DNA of 64,000 bases, from positions 89,967 to 153,966 of IMG/VR virus record IMGVR_UViG_3300042868_003731; one strand, given 5' to 3'. A model generated the notes under the pieces. That model was not told the origin of the DNA, ran no database searches, and saw only the letters and a program-made list of their open reading frames with translations. Positions 1 through 8,785 of this stretch are shown one piece after another (positions within the stretch are counted from its first letter, which is position 1; every line of letters begins with the position of its first letter). Origin of the DNA: a virus. Taxonomy: Duplodnaviria; Heunggongvirae; Uroviricota; Caudoviricetes. The translations under genes and the position numbers were made by a program.

Positions 1-1
1 G

Positions 2-217
2 TACAAGATGAAGGATGTTGATCTAAACTTTGTTCGATCCTTTGTGAATGGATATAGGAAGGTAATTGCTCTCGGTGGTTTTGCCTCGCAGGCACTTAAG
101 CGAGCAGGAGTGGAACACTATACCCTTCCGCACCCGTCTCCATTGAACCGAAAGCTAAACGATAGAGAATATGAAAACAATTGTCTAAAGGAATGTAAAG
201 AGTGGCTAAGAACTTAA
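2..217 (+). CDS. Uracil-DNA-glycosylase-superfamily-like protein, 5' end outside the window
   Basis: Frame is open to the left edge. VIALGGFASQAL and LPHPSPLN resemble the C-terminal UDG-fold motifs (ALG...A and HPS). Confidence 0.55.
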   Translation, partial: YKMKDVDLNFVRSFVNGYRKVIALGGFASQALKRAGVEHYTLPHPSPLNRKLNDREYENNCLKECKEWLRT

Positions 218-870
218 CTGATATATACGTTGGTGTAAAGAAGGACGACCCAGATCGTAAAGAAAACGACTTCTATCCAACACCGCCACTCGCAACTTAC
301 ATTCTGTGTAAGTATGTTCGTCCACCAAAGAATGTGGTTGAACCCTGCGCGGGCCGAGGTAATATTTCGATCGAACTCCAAAGAAACGGTCATAATGTAA
401 AATCGTTCGATCTTAACGAATATGATAATAGTCTCGTAGACATCGAAACTAGCATTGATGTTCTTGAGCTCGAACGACCAACCGGATACGAAGGTTTGAT
501 TACGAACCCTCCGTATCATAAGGATCTTCCTCGAAAGATTACAGAGAAAGCTCTATCGGAATATCCATACGTAGCAATGTTTGTTCGTCTTACGTTTCTT
601 GAAGGAAAGAAGCGAAAAAACTTGTTTACAAAATACCCTCCAAGTGATATTATATTTCTAAGTGATAGAATTAATTTTGGTTCGGGCTTAGTAGAGCCCA
701 TAAATAAGACACATCAGCTTGGCGGCATGATCGCATATATGTGGATCGTCTGGGACAGAAGGTCGAGCAACTTCGATCGTTCAACAAAGCTGCACTGGGC
801 TTTATTAGAAGATGAATATGACGAATGGAGAACACATTATGATCAACGTAGTAATTCCAGCGGCGGGTGA
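202..870 (+). CDS. DNA amino-methyltransferase (N6-adenine type)
   Basis: RKENDFYPTP N-terminus, SAM-binding VVEPCAGRG (motif I) and catalytic ITNPPY (motif IV). Confidence 0.85.
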   Translation: MAKNLTDIYVGVKKDDPDRKENDFYPTPPLATYILCKYVRPPKNVVEPCAGRGNISIELQRNGHNVKSFDLNEYDNSLVDIETSIDVLELERPTGYEGLITNPPYHKDLPRKITEKALSEYPYVAMFVRLTFLEGKKRKNLFTKYPPSDIIFLSDRINFGSGLVEPINKTHQLGGMIAYMWIVWDRRSSNFDRSTKLHWALLEDEYDEWRTHYDQRSNSSGG

Positions 871-2347
871 GGCTACTCGTCTTCGGCCGCTAACATCGAA
901 CTGTTCCAAAGCAATGGTTCGCGTACATGGTAAACCAACAATCGAGTACATCATCGAGTCGATCTATAAGAATACTCCAGATATCGGAGAGATCGTAATC
1001 GTTGACGGCAAGCATGATGATATTCGTGAATGGGCTACAAAGAGTGCCTATAGCGATGATATTCGTTGCGTAAAGCAGGGATCGTTGAACGGTCCCCGTG
1101 ATGCTATTCGTGTTGGTATTGCAGAGCTGTCGAATAAAGATATGCCGCTCGTCGTATGGCTTGGAGACGCAATCATTCTTGATAATGATCTTCCACTAGG
1201 CACCGACTTTCTTCTTACGAAAGAAGTTGAAGACCACTTTGCGTGGTGTATGTGGGATGGTAAGGAATTCTTCAATAAACCAACGGAGACGGTTCCAAAT
1301 GCTGCTGCACTCGTTGGCCTGTATAGTTTCGCAGATGGTGTAGGCGCTGACTATGCGTTCTCCTCAGCGACTGAGTACGACATCTCGTTTGCCCTTGAGA
1401 AGTATGCGCGTTCAACTTCAAGATCTTTTAACCGTATTAATACGAGCAACTGGTACGACATTGGTGACATTGCTTCGTATCATCGTACATGCGCAGAGTT
1501 CCTTACTTTTAAAGCTCGTGCATTCAATTCGTTTCAGTACGACCCAGAACTCAACGTAGTTACGAAGGTACCAAACTATACGAATGAGTTCGCTGTTCGT
1601 ACTGTCATGAACGAAAAGTCTTGGTACAAAGCTCTCAATTCAAAGCAGCGAATGTTCGTTCCAAAGGTGCTAGATGATGACTACGGCCTATCTCTGTCTT
1701 ATGAGTCCGGTACTCTGCTCTCGGATCTATTCATCCACGAGGACATTTCTAAGAGTACTATCGACTATCTAATTGAAAAGGTTGTACTTTCTGTTCGAAA
1801 CAACTTTCATCAGAGACCTAGTCTTGAGTTTCTAAAAGACTTTAGCAGTAACGCAAATGCCATGTGGATCCAAAAGACAACTGAAAGACTCAATAAGTCT
1901 GGCCTAAGTTCTTCTGAGCAAGGATATTACGGGCGGATCGCTGAAAGATGTATGAACCGAGCTGAGCCTGTTCTGGCTATGCATGGCGATTTACATTTTG
2001 GAAATATATTGTATAATCCATATAACGATAGCATTACTCTCTTGGATCCTCGTGGAGAATACGGCAATCATGTTGGTTGCGGCGGCGATCATCTATACGA
2101 CCTGTGTAAACTCTCTCACGATCTCTATCATGGATACAACTCGCTGTTTCAGAGCAAGGCGTATCCTAAGTATGTTCGTGAAAGTTTCTCAAAGATTATT
2201 CGAAAGTATTATTCAAAAGAGTATCGTGAGATCATCGATGGTGGCGCATTGCTTATCGCGACAGCCATTCCTCTTCACTATGACAGCTCTATTCGACAGG
2301 AACAAATGAAGGAATATGTAATTGAGTACGCAAACTCTAGTCATTGA
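839..2347 (+). CDS. Sugar-phosphate nucleotidyltransferase fused to an APH/choline-kinase-like domain
   Basis: Start moved to ATG 839 (GGAG at 827-830). N-terminal VIPAAGEATRLRPLT..SKAMV.VHGKP and WLGD are NTP-transferase motifs. C-terminal HGDLHFGNIL and LLDPRG are the phosphotransferase Brenner and DxR-type motifs. Confidence 0.8.
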   Translation: MINVVIPAAGEATRLRPLTSNCSKAMVRVHGKPTIEYIIESIYKNTPDIGEIVIVDGKHDDIREWATKSAYSDDIRCVKQGSLNGPRDAIRVGIAELSNKDMPLVVWLGDAIILDNDLPLGTDFLLTKEVEDHFAWCMWDGKEFFNKPTETVPNAAALVGLYSFADGVGADYAFSSATEYDISFALEKYARSTSRSFNRINTSNWYDIGDIASYHRTCAEFLTFKARAFNSFQYDPELNVVTKVPNYTNEFAVRTVMNEKSWYKALNSKQRMFVPKVLDDDYGLSLSYESGTLLSDLFIHEDISKSTIDYLIEKVVLSVRNNFHQRPSLEFLKDFSSNANAMWIQKTTERLNKSGLSSSEQGYYGRIAERCMNRAEPVLAMHGDLHFGNILYNPYNDSITLLDPRGEYGNHVGCGGDHLYDLCKLSHDLYHGYNSLFQSKAYPKYVRESFSKIIRKYYSKEYREIIDGGALLIATAIPLHYDSSIRQEQMKEYVIEYANSSH

Positions 2348-2687
2348 TATTGATCATACGATCTGTACGCCTAACGATGGCGAGAAGGATACGTTCGAAA
2401 AGTATGGCAAGGCGACACCAAAACTCGAAATGATCGAAAGCATTCGTAAAGCAAAAGAAAAGGGCTTTCGTATCGTTCTGTTTACTGCGAGGCGAATGGC
2501 CACTCATAATGGTGATATAAATAAAGTCATAGAGGATGTTGGCGATCTTACGGTTAATTGGCTTAAAGAAAACAACGTTCCATACGATGAACTAATGTTT
2601 GGTAAACCGAATGCGGTCTACTACGTTGATGATAAGGCTCTAAGGCCAGATGAATTTGTGAAATTTATAGAATGGGATACACTATGA
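2322..2687 (+). CDS. Short HAD-superfamily phosphatase (capsule-locus BcbF-like)
   Basis: TTG start with AAGGA upstream. HAD motifs VIDIDHTI (DxDxT), LFTAR, FGKP and YYVDDKA. Confidence 0.8.
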   Translation: MSTQTLVIDIDHTICTPNDGEKDTFEKYGKATPKLEMIESIRKAKEKGFRIVLFTARRMATHNGDINKVIEDVGDLTVNWLKENNVPYDELMFGKPNAVYYVDDKALRPDEFVKFIEWDTL

Positions 2688-3928
2688 AGAACATTGGTTT
2701 TTGCAAGATTGGTAAATCTGTAAAGTTTAAGACGAATAAGTACTCGCCTATCGGCGGAGACAACGAAGCTTCTTGCACACTACGAGCAGTTGCGAACAAC
2801 AATCCTGATAAGAAGTTCTATATCGTTGGTCGCTCTGACTTCGGTACTCTTACAGAATCTGAGAAAGCAGATCTCTTTCCATACGATAACGTGATTGATG
2901 TATGGGAAGGTGTTGGTCTTGAGATTTCTCAGAAGTACTTTGATCACGTCGTCAATTACTTTAAAGAAAAGAAAGTTACTCTCGACTTTACCATTATGAT
3001 GGTTGGTCAGCTCAGCAACGTTACGATTCCGGATCGCATTCAGAAGGTTCGTGAAGGTAACGATGGAAAGCCTGCTGCGACTCTCGATATGACCAAGTGG
3101 TATACGACTCCAATCGTTACTTGGCTGAACCAAGAGCAGGTTCCGTATATTGAAATCGTTAATGATCCTCGCTATACGATTAAGCAACCTCGCGATCTGT
3201 TTCACATGCCAATGCGTTCTCTTGGTCAGTATGATTATGATTATGAAACGTTTGCGATTCGCGACTATGTTGATCAGGAACGCATCACTCGCGTAGTTCA
3301 TTCGGAATATGCAGGTATGGAGACGGCCTTCTGCGGAGACTACGAATACACTGAAGAAGTCAACGTAAATCGTAACACAAACTTTATGGTCGTTCTTAAC
3401 GAAGGCAAGCCGTCTCGCTACGACCTTCTGAAGGAATGGGTTCTCAACAAGTTCGATAACGTTGAAGTCTATGGCAAGTGGGAACATGGTGCAGCAACTG
3501 TTGACTCTCGGTTTAAAGGATCGTTGCACATCAACGAGCTGCAGAAGAAACTTCAGGACGTAAAGTTTACTTTCATCATTCCGATTAAGGAAGGCTGGGT
3601 TACATCTAAGTATATTGAGATGATCCATGCTGGTGTTATTCCATTCCTGCATCCGACCTATGATATGCAAGGTCATCTACCAATTCCAGAGTTTCTACGT
3701 CCAAAGACTCCAGAAGAGTTCTTTCGCCGTATGGAGATGGTAGATACACATGAAGCGCATCAGAACCTTCTTAAGGAACTACGCAAGGCAGTGCTTAAGC
3801 CTGAGTACTACGATGGTACTTTTATTAATGATAAGATTATGAATGCTTTCGACACGAACTACACTCGTCCTGATGTTCAAGCATTTGAAAAAAAGACTAT
3901 AACAACACTTGCAGATTTTTTCGTATAA
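2684..3928 (+). CDS. GT-B fold glycosyltransferase, T4 beta-glucosyltransferase-like (putative DNA glycosyltransferase)
   Basis: ATGA overlap with the HAD gene. C-terminal half SRYDLLKEW..VEVYGKW..FKGSL..FTFIIP..WVTSKYIEMIHAGVIPFL follows the GT-B donor-binding pattern. It lies in a DNA-modification cluster. BGT similarity is remote. Confidence 0.6.
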   Translation: MKNIGFCKIGKSVKFKTNKYSPIGGDNEASCTLRAVANNNPDKKFYIVGRSDFGTLTESEKADLFPYDNVIDVWEGVGLEISQKYFDHVVNYFKEKKVTLDFTIMMVGQLSNVTIPDRIQKVREGNDGKPAATLDMTKWYTTPIVTWLNQEQVPYIEIVNDPRYTIKQPRDLFHMPMRSLGQYDYDYETFAIRDYVDQERITRVVHSEYAGMETAFCGDYEYTEEVNVNRNTNFMVVLNEGKPSRYDLLKEWVLNKFDNVEVYGKWEHGAATVDSRFKGSLHINELQKKLQDVKFTFIIPIKEGWVTSKYIEMIHAGVIPFLHPTYDMQGHLPIPEFLRPKTPEEFFRRMEMVDTHEAHQNLLKELRKAVLKPEYYDGTFINDKIMNAFDTNYTRPDVQAFEKKTITTLADFFV

Positions 3929-3941
3929 AGGATAAAGAATA

Positions 3942-5159
3942 ATGAGTGATATTACTTGGGTACCTCATATCCCACTTATCGGTGGACAGATGCTAGGAGC
4001 CGAAAAAGCTTTTGGCGTTCCACCTCTTGCTATCTATTCATACGATGGATTTCAAGCAAACGATAGTCACTACGTAAACTATCAGAATAACGTAAAGGGC
4101 AGAGGACTCGAGTATCGACTCTTGGATAACGGCCCACCTATTCATAAGGTAGATGTTGTCTCTGGTACTCCTCCTTGTGCAGCTCTATCGCAGCTAAACA
4201 CAGGTCAGACAGTTGAATCAAAAGGTGCTGCTTGTGCAAAGAACGAATGGATGTATAAAGTCTTCGAGGACGCGATTGATCTGTTTGAAGCAAAGGCTGT
4301 AGTAGTCGAGAACGCGCCTGCTCTCTATACGAATAAAGGTCGTGCAGTCGCAAACAATTTGTTTGACATTTGTAATAAAAGAGGGTATAGTTTAACTCTG
4401 TACAAAACATCAACGATGTATCACGGCATTCCGCAAGCTCGCGATCGAACCTTTGCTATCGGCTGGAAATCAGAGAAGGCTCCGATCATGTCTTGGTTTA
4501 AACGCGATCGTAAAAACTTTAAAGAGTACTTGTCCGAGTTGCAACAGAACACGCTTCAGCAAGACTTGGTTATCAATTCCAAGTTGGATGATGAACCGTA
4601 TTACGCGTTTATTAAATCAAGAACGAACGACAATCCGAGGGATGTTATTATTAAGAGCGGTAACATTACAGCTTTCAACTATATCAATCGTGCTGGTCTG
4701 CTTGAAGAAGCAAATAAGTGGATGCATCAGGTTGGCCACGAACGCGGAATTAAAGTATCGGAACACGCTATTAAAAAGTTTGCGGACAACAAGGGTATCT
4801 GGGATAGCTCAACACACGTCTTTGACGAATGCATGAACGCTGTGATTGGTCGTAACCTTGCTGATACGATCCATCCTATTCACGATCGTTCGCTTACGAT
4901 TCGTGAAGCTCTGCATATGATGGGTTTCCCTCACGATTTTGAATTGGTCGGTGGACTCGCAAAGATGAACCACATCGCTCAGAACGTTCCGGTTCCTACG
5001 TCGCGCGATATTCATTCTGAAATCGCCAAGTTCATTCGCGGAGAGCTTCCTCTATCCGGAACAAACTATCTTCGTCAGAACAATCACTACGAAAAGAACG
5101 AGTACGACCCGCTAGGTTCGGGAAGTCAAAACGCAACACTTGAAGGATTCTTTGTATGA
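3942..5159 (+). CDS. C5-cytosine DNA methyltransferase-like protein with divergent cofactor motifs
   Basis: Motif IV SGTPPC, motif VI VVVENAP, motif VIII PQARDRTF and motif IX LTIREALHMMGFP.DF are present. Motif I reads PHIPLIGG instead of xFxGxGG. Confidence 0.8.
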   Translation: MSDITWVPHIPLIGGQMLGAEKAFGVPPLAIYSYDGFQANDSHYVNYQNNVKGRGLEYRLLDNGPPIHKVDVVSGTPPCAALSQLNTGQTVESKGAACAKNEWMYKVFEDAIDLFEAKAVVVENAPALYTNKGRAVANNLFDICNKRGYSLTLYKTSTMYHGIPQARDRTFAIGWKSEKAPIMSWFKRDRKNFKEYLSELQQNTLQQDLVINSKLDDEPYYAFIKSRTNDNPRDVIIKSGNITAFNYINRAGLLEEANKWMHQVGHERGIKVSEHAIKKFADNKGIWDSSTHVFDECMNAVIGRNLADTIHPIHDRSLTIREALHMMGFPHDFELVGGLAKMNHIAQNVPVPTSRDIHSEIAKFIRGELPLSGTNYLRQNNHYEKNEYDPLGSGSQNATLEGFFV

Positions 5160-5779
5160 CTCACCTAATTATTGACTTTGAGACAATGGGTAAGGACGCA
5201 GGAAAGTGCGCCGTTATCGACTGTTCAGTCATGGTCTTTGACTTCGATCGTTTTCTAACAAATCCTTATACGATCGAGAGTATCTCCTACGCGAAACGTT
5301 TTAAACTATCCGTGACGGATCAGGTAAAGAACTATGGTTTCGAGATTGATAAGAGTACTCTTCAGTTCTGGGAAGAACAGAGTCCTGAAGTTCGTGCAAA
5401 CATTGCTCCAAAGAAATCTGACCTGACTGTGAAGGAATTTGTAAAGCAGTTTCACGAATTCCTTATTGAGTCTCCAAAGGTAGATTACTGGTGGAGTCGT
5501 TCGAATACTTTCGATCCAATCATCCTATCACGACTCTTTGCAGCCGAAGGAAAGCTTCTGCATCTTGATGAGTATCTTAAGTATTGGCGTGTTCGTGATA
5601 CGCGTACGTTTATTGATGCTAAACTTAACTTTCCAAAAGAAAACTCGTTTTCTCCGCTCGTTGATTCTGACAAGTGGAATAAAGTATTTAAGAAACACGA
5701 TAGTTCCTGGGATATTCTCGCTGACGTTCTTCGTCTTCAGCAGATCTATCGCGCAGAGAACGATCTTGAACTATCATAA
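5156..5779 (+). CDS. dexA: Exonuclease A (DEDDh 3'-5' exonuclease)
   Basis: LIIDFETMG, AVID, STLQFWEEQSPEVRANIAP, WRVRDTRT and HDSSWDILADV match T4 DexA as recalled. Confidence 0.85.
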   Translation: MTHLIIDFETMGKDAGKCAVIDCSVMVFDFDRFLTNPYTIESISYAKRFKLSVTDQVKNYGFEIDKSTLQFWEEQSPEVRANIAPKKSDLTVKEFVKQFHEFLIESPKVDYWWSRSNTFDPIILSRLFAAEGKLLHLDEYLKYWRVRDTRTFIDAKLNFPKENSFSPLVDSDKWNKVFKKHDSSWDILADVLRLQQIYRAENDLELS

Positions 5780-5788
5780 GGAGTAAAA

Positions 5789-6667
5789 ATGATGCAACTA
5801 CAGATTACAGCAGAACACCTACGAAAATATTCTATCTTTGTTGGAACGCCGATGTATGGTGGGCAGTGCGCAGGAATGTTCTGTAAATCTACGAACGACC
5901 TAGCATCTCTCTGTGCCAAATACAACATCGATCTTAAGTTCTATTATCTATTTAATGAAAGCTTAGTTCAAAGGGCAAGGAACTATGTAGTAGATGAATT
6001 CATGAGGTCAGACTGCACACATCTTATGTTTATCGATGCTGATATTGGTTTCAGACCTAATGATGTACTGTCGATGCTCGGTATTCAGACCATGCACCCG
6101 GATCAGTATGATATCATGACTGGTCCGTATCCAAAGAAAACGATTGCTTGGGAAAAGGTAAAGAAGGCGGTAGAGATGGGAAAGGCGGAGAATCCTTTCG
6201 ACTTGGACTTCTATACAGCCGACTACGTGTTCAACCCAGCAAAGGGAACCACGTCTTTCCGTATTGACCAACCTATCGAAGTGAGCGAGGCTGGTACCGG
6301 ATTTATGCTTATACCTCGAGCCGTGTTGGAAAAATACAGAGACGCATACCCAGAACTCAAGTATATTCCTGACCACGCTCGCACGAAGAACTTCGATGGT
6401 TCGCGTGAGATCACCGCTTTCTTTGATTGCATTATCGATCCTATTTCAAAGCGGTACCTGTCTGAAGATTACTTCTTCTGTCGCAAAGCAAGAGAAGTGG
6501 GAATTAAGTTGCACCTGTGTCCTTGGATGGAACTGCAGCACGTCGGTTCGTATATCTTTAAGGGATCGATGGGCGCGATCGCTTCTATCGGTGAAACGCC
6601 AACCGCAGGAAAGAGATCAAACGAAAAGACATATAAAGAAAAGAAGAAACAAGCATTTAGACCGTGA
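5789..6667 (+). CDS. GT-A fold glycosyltransferase (GT2-like)
   Basis: IFVGTPMYGG, NESLVQRARN, HLMFIDADI (DxD), GTGFMLI and LSEDYFFC. Confidence 0.75.
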   Translation: MMQLQITAEHLRKYSIFVGTPMYGGQCAGMFCKSTNDLASLCAKYNIDLKFYYLFNESLVQRARNYVVDEFMRSDCTHLMFIDADIGFRPNDVLSMLGIQTMHPDQYDIMTGPYPKKTIAWEKVKKAVEMGKAENPFDLDFYTADYVFNPAKGTTSFRIDQPIEVSEAGTGFMLIPRAVLEKYRDAYPELKYIPDHARTKNFDGSREITAFFDCIIDPISKRYLSEDYFFCRKAREVGIKLHLCPWMELQHVGSYIFKGSMGAIASIGETPTAGKRSNEKTYKEKKKQAFRP

Positions 6668-6672
6668 AACAG

Positions 6673-6701
6673 TTGACATATCATAAAAAATGTGATATAG
6701 A
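6673..6701 (+). promoter_or_regulatory. Sigma70-like (early-type) promoter upstream of gene 45
   Basis: TTGACA (6673-6678), 17-nt spacer ending in an extended TGn, then TATAGA (6696-6701). It is intergenic, 34 nt before the gp45 ATG. Confidence 0.7.
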
Positions 6702-6734
6702 TAAACTACTTAATAATGAATAGGAGACTATACT

Positions 6735-7400
6735 ATGAAATTTTCTGACCGCACTCTTACAATTCTCAAGAGTTTTGCTACAATCAACAAATCAATCGTA
6801 CTGAAGCCTGGCCAGGTCTTGCGTACGATTACTCCGGAAAAAAACTTCATCGCCATCGCAAACATTGAAGATCAGTTCCCAACCACTGCTGTTATCTATG
6901 ATCTCTCACGTTTTCTTTCGATGCTGAGCCTTTATCAAGACCCAGATGTGGAATTCCTTGAAAATCATTTCATCATCTCTGAAGGCAAGCTTAAGATGAA
7001 ATATGTCTATGCAGACATCTCGATGGTCCATGCAGCTCCAGAAAAAGAAATCGCCATTCCTTCTTCCGACGTTTCGGTTAGCGTGAAATGGTCCGATCTT
7101 CAGTCTGTGATCAAGGCTGCTGGTGTTTTGCAGTTTAGCGAAATCGCATTCGTCGGCGAAGATGGCAAGTGCTTCCTTCGAGCAATCGACAGTAATAACA
7201 AATCGTCAGACGCATTTGGTGTAGAGATTGGTACCACCAACGACACGTTTACTCTCATCCTTAAGACTGACAACTTTAAGTTGCTTCCTCAGGATTACGA
7301 AGTGACTCTCTGCGCAAAGGGTGTATCGCTCTTCAAGGGTGCTGATGTATCCTATTACGTTGGTGTTGACTCTAAGTCAACGTACAAGAAAGGAGAGTAA
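6735..7400 (+). CDS. 45: Sliding clamp gp45
   Basis: MKFSDRTLTILKSFATINKSI..G..LRTI, IYDLSRFLSMLS; followed by gp44 and gp62 as in T4. Confidence 0.93.
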   Translation: MKFSDRTLTILKSFATINKSIVLKPGQVLRTITPEKNFIAIANIEDQFPTTAVIYDLSRFLSMLSLYQDPDVEFLENHFIISEGKLKMKYVYADISMVHAAPEKEIAIPSSDVSVSVKWSDLQSVIKAAGVLQFSEIAFVGEDGKCFLRAIDSNNKSSDAFGVEIGTTNDTFTLILKTDNFKLLPQDYEVTLCAKGVSLFKGADVSYYVGVDSKSTYKKGE

Positions 7401-7401
7401 T

Positions 7402-7593
7402 ATGTCTGAACAAGTTAACATCTCTCTTCAAGATATCTACACAGTCCTTTCTATTATCGATATCTGTGTTAAGCGCGGAGCTATCGAAGGTTCTGAGCTT
7501 ACTACTGTTGGTACTATCCGTGATAAGTTTGCTCTATTCATTGAGCAGAATAAGCCAAAGGAAACAAAGGAACCGGTAAAAACTGAAAACTGA
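7402..7593 (+). CDS. Small conserved hypothetical phage protein
   Basis: Start moved to ATG 7402 (AGGAG upstream). ISLQDI..ICVKRGAIEGSEL..VG.I.DK pattern. Confidence 0.6.
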   Translation: MSEQVNISLQDIYTVLSIIDICVKRGAIEGSELTTVGTIRDKFALFIEQNKPKETKEPVKTEN

Positions 7594-7628
7594 GCTCCAA
7601 CCTTACACACCACACCGGAGATTATATT

Positions 7629-8582
7629 ATGGCACTTGATACAAATACTGAAGAAGTACTCTGGGTTGAACGTTATCGACCCAGAGTCATTGAGGATACA
7701 ATTCTTCCTCAGAAGACTAAAGATGTCTTCAAAAGATTCGTTGCAGATAAATCCATTCCTAACCTGCTACTGACTGGTGGCCCAGGTATGGGTAAGACCA
7801 CAATTGCGAAAGCAATGCTGAACGAGCTCGGTTGCGATTACATCGTAAAGAACGGTTCGTTGAATGTTAACCTCGATACTCTTCGTTACGAGATCTCGAC
7901 CTTTGCATCTTCCGTTTCATTCAGTGGTGGTCGTAAATACGTTATCCTTGATGAAGCCGACTATCTCAATGCAGCTAACGTTCAGCCTGCTCTTCGTAAC
8001 TTTATCGAAGAATATTCAAAGAACTGTGGCTTTATCTTTACGTGTAACTTTAAGAACCGTGTTATCGAGCCACTTCGTTCTCGTCTTTCTGAAGTTGACT
8101 TTACGATTGAGAAGTCAGATCGTCCAAAGATGGCTGCTCAGTTCTATAAACGTGTTCTCGCAATTCTAAACGCAGAAAACGTAGAACACGATAAGGATGT
8201 CGTCGCAAAGATTATCGAAAGGCATTTCCCAGATTTTCGGCGTGTACTTACCGAACTTCAATCTTATGCAGCATCAGGTAGGATCGATGAGGGTATCTTC
8301 ACAAACATCAAGCAGGAGTCGATCGAACAACTCTTTTTGATGTTGAAAGAAAAGAACTTCGTTGAGATGCGCAAGTGGTGTTCGAATAACAGTGACCAAG
8401 ACGCGAATGAAATGTTTCGTACCATCTATGACGCCGCAACAGACCGTGTAGAACTTAAGAGTCTTCCAGGGTTTATCGTTACTCTTGCTGATTATATGTA
8501 TAAGTCTAGCTTCGTTGCCGACCACGAAGTCAATATGGTTGCCTTCTTGACGGAGGTAATGTTCGAGGCCAGCTATAAATGA
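7629..8582 (+). CDS. 44: Clamp loader large subunit gp44 (AAA+)
   Basis: LWVERYRP, Walker A GGPGMGKT, Walker B VILDEAD, PLRSR and PDFRR. Confidence 0.95.
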   Translation: MALDTNTEEVLWVERYRPRVIEDTILPQKTKDVFKRFVADKSIPNLLLTGGPGMGKTTIAKAMLNELGCDYIVKNGSLNVNLDTLRYEISTFASSVSFSGGRKYVILDEADYLNAANVQPALRNFIEEYSKNCGFIFTCNFKNRVIEPLRSRLSEVDFTIEKSDRPKMAAQFYKRVLAILNAENVEHDKDVVAKIIERHFPDFRRVLTELQSYAASGRIDEGIFTNIKQESIEQLFLMLKEKNFVEMRKWCSNNSDQDANEMFRTIYDAATDRVELKSLPGFIVTLADYMYKSSFVADHEVNMVAFLTEVMFEASYK

Positions 8583-8785
8583 GTTGGCTTTCTTTCTTTT
8601 CTAAAAAACCAAAAGTCTGTTTCTTTTGTAAAACAGATCTGAAAGAAAGCAGCGCGTTCACTCTGCAGTACTCATCTACAGAAGGACTTCACAGTGCAAA
8701 GATGTGCAGTGAATGCGCAAAAACTTTTGACGATTTTGCAGATATAAAGGATGAAGCGCATGCCTCAAGATTTGACTCCTTTTGA
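8579..8785 (+). CDS. Small protein with two CxxC motifs (putative zinc ribbon)
   Basis: CFFC and CSEC. ATGA overlap with the gene 44 stop. Confidence 0.5.
   Translation: MSWLSFFSKKPKVCFFCKTDLKESSAFTLQYSSTEGLHSAKMCSECAKTFDDFADIKDEAHASRFDSF

Noticed and set aside
2780-3676. 298-aa antisense ORF in the glycosyltransferase, and similar antisense ORFs elsewhere
   Set aside because: Typical result of codon bias on the sense gene; no recognisable motifs.
3942-5159. Carboxy-SAM-using carboxymethyltransferase
   Set aside because: No CmoA-like synthase in the window and no basic residue at the motif X position; not excluded, but unsupported.
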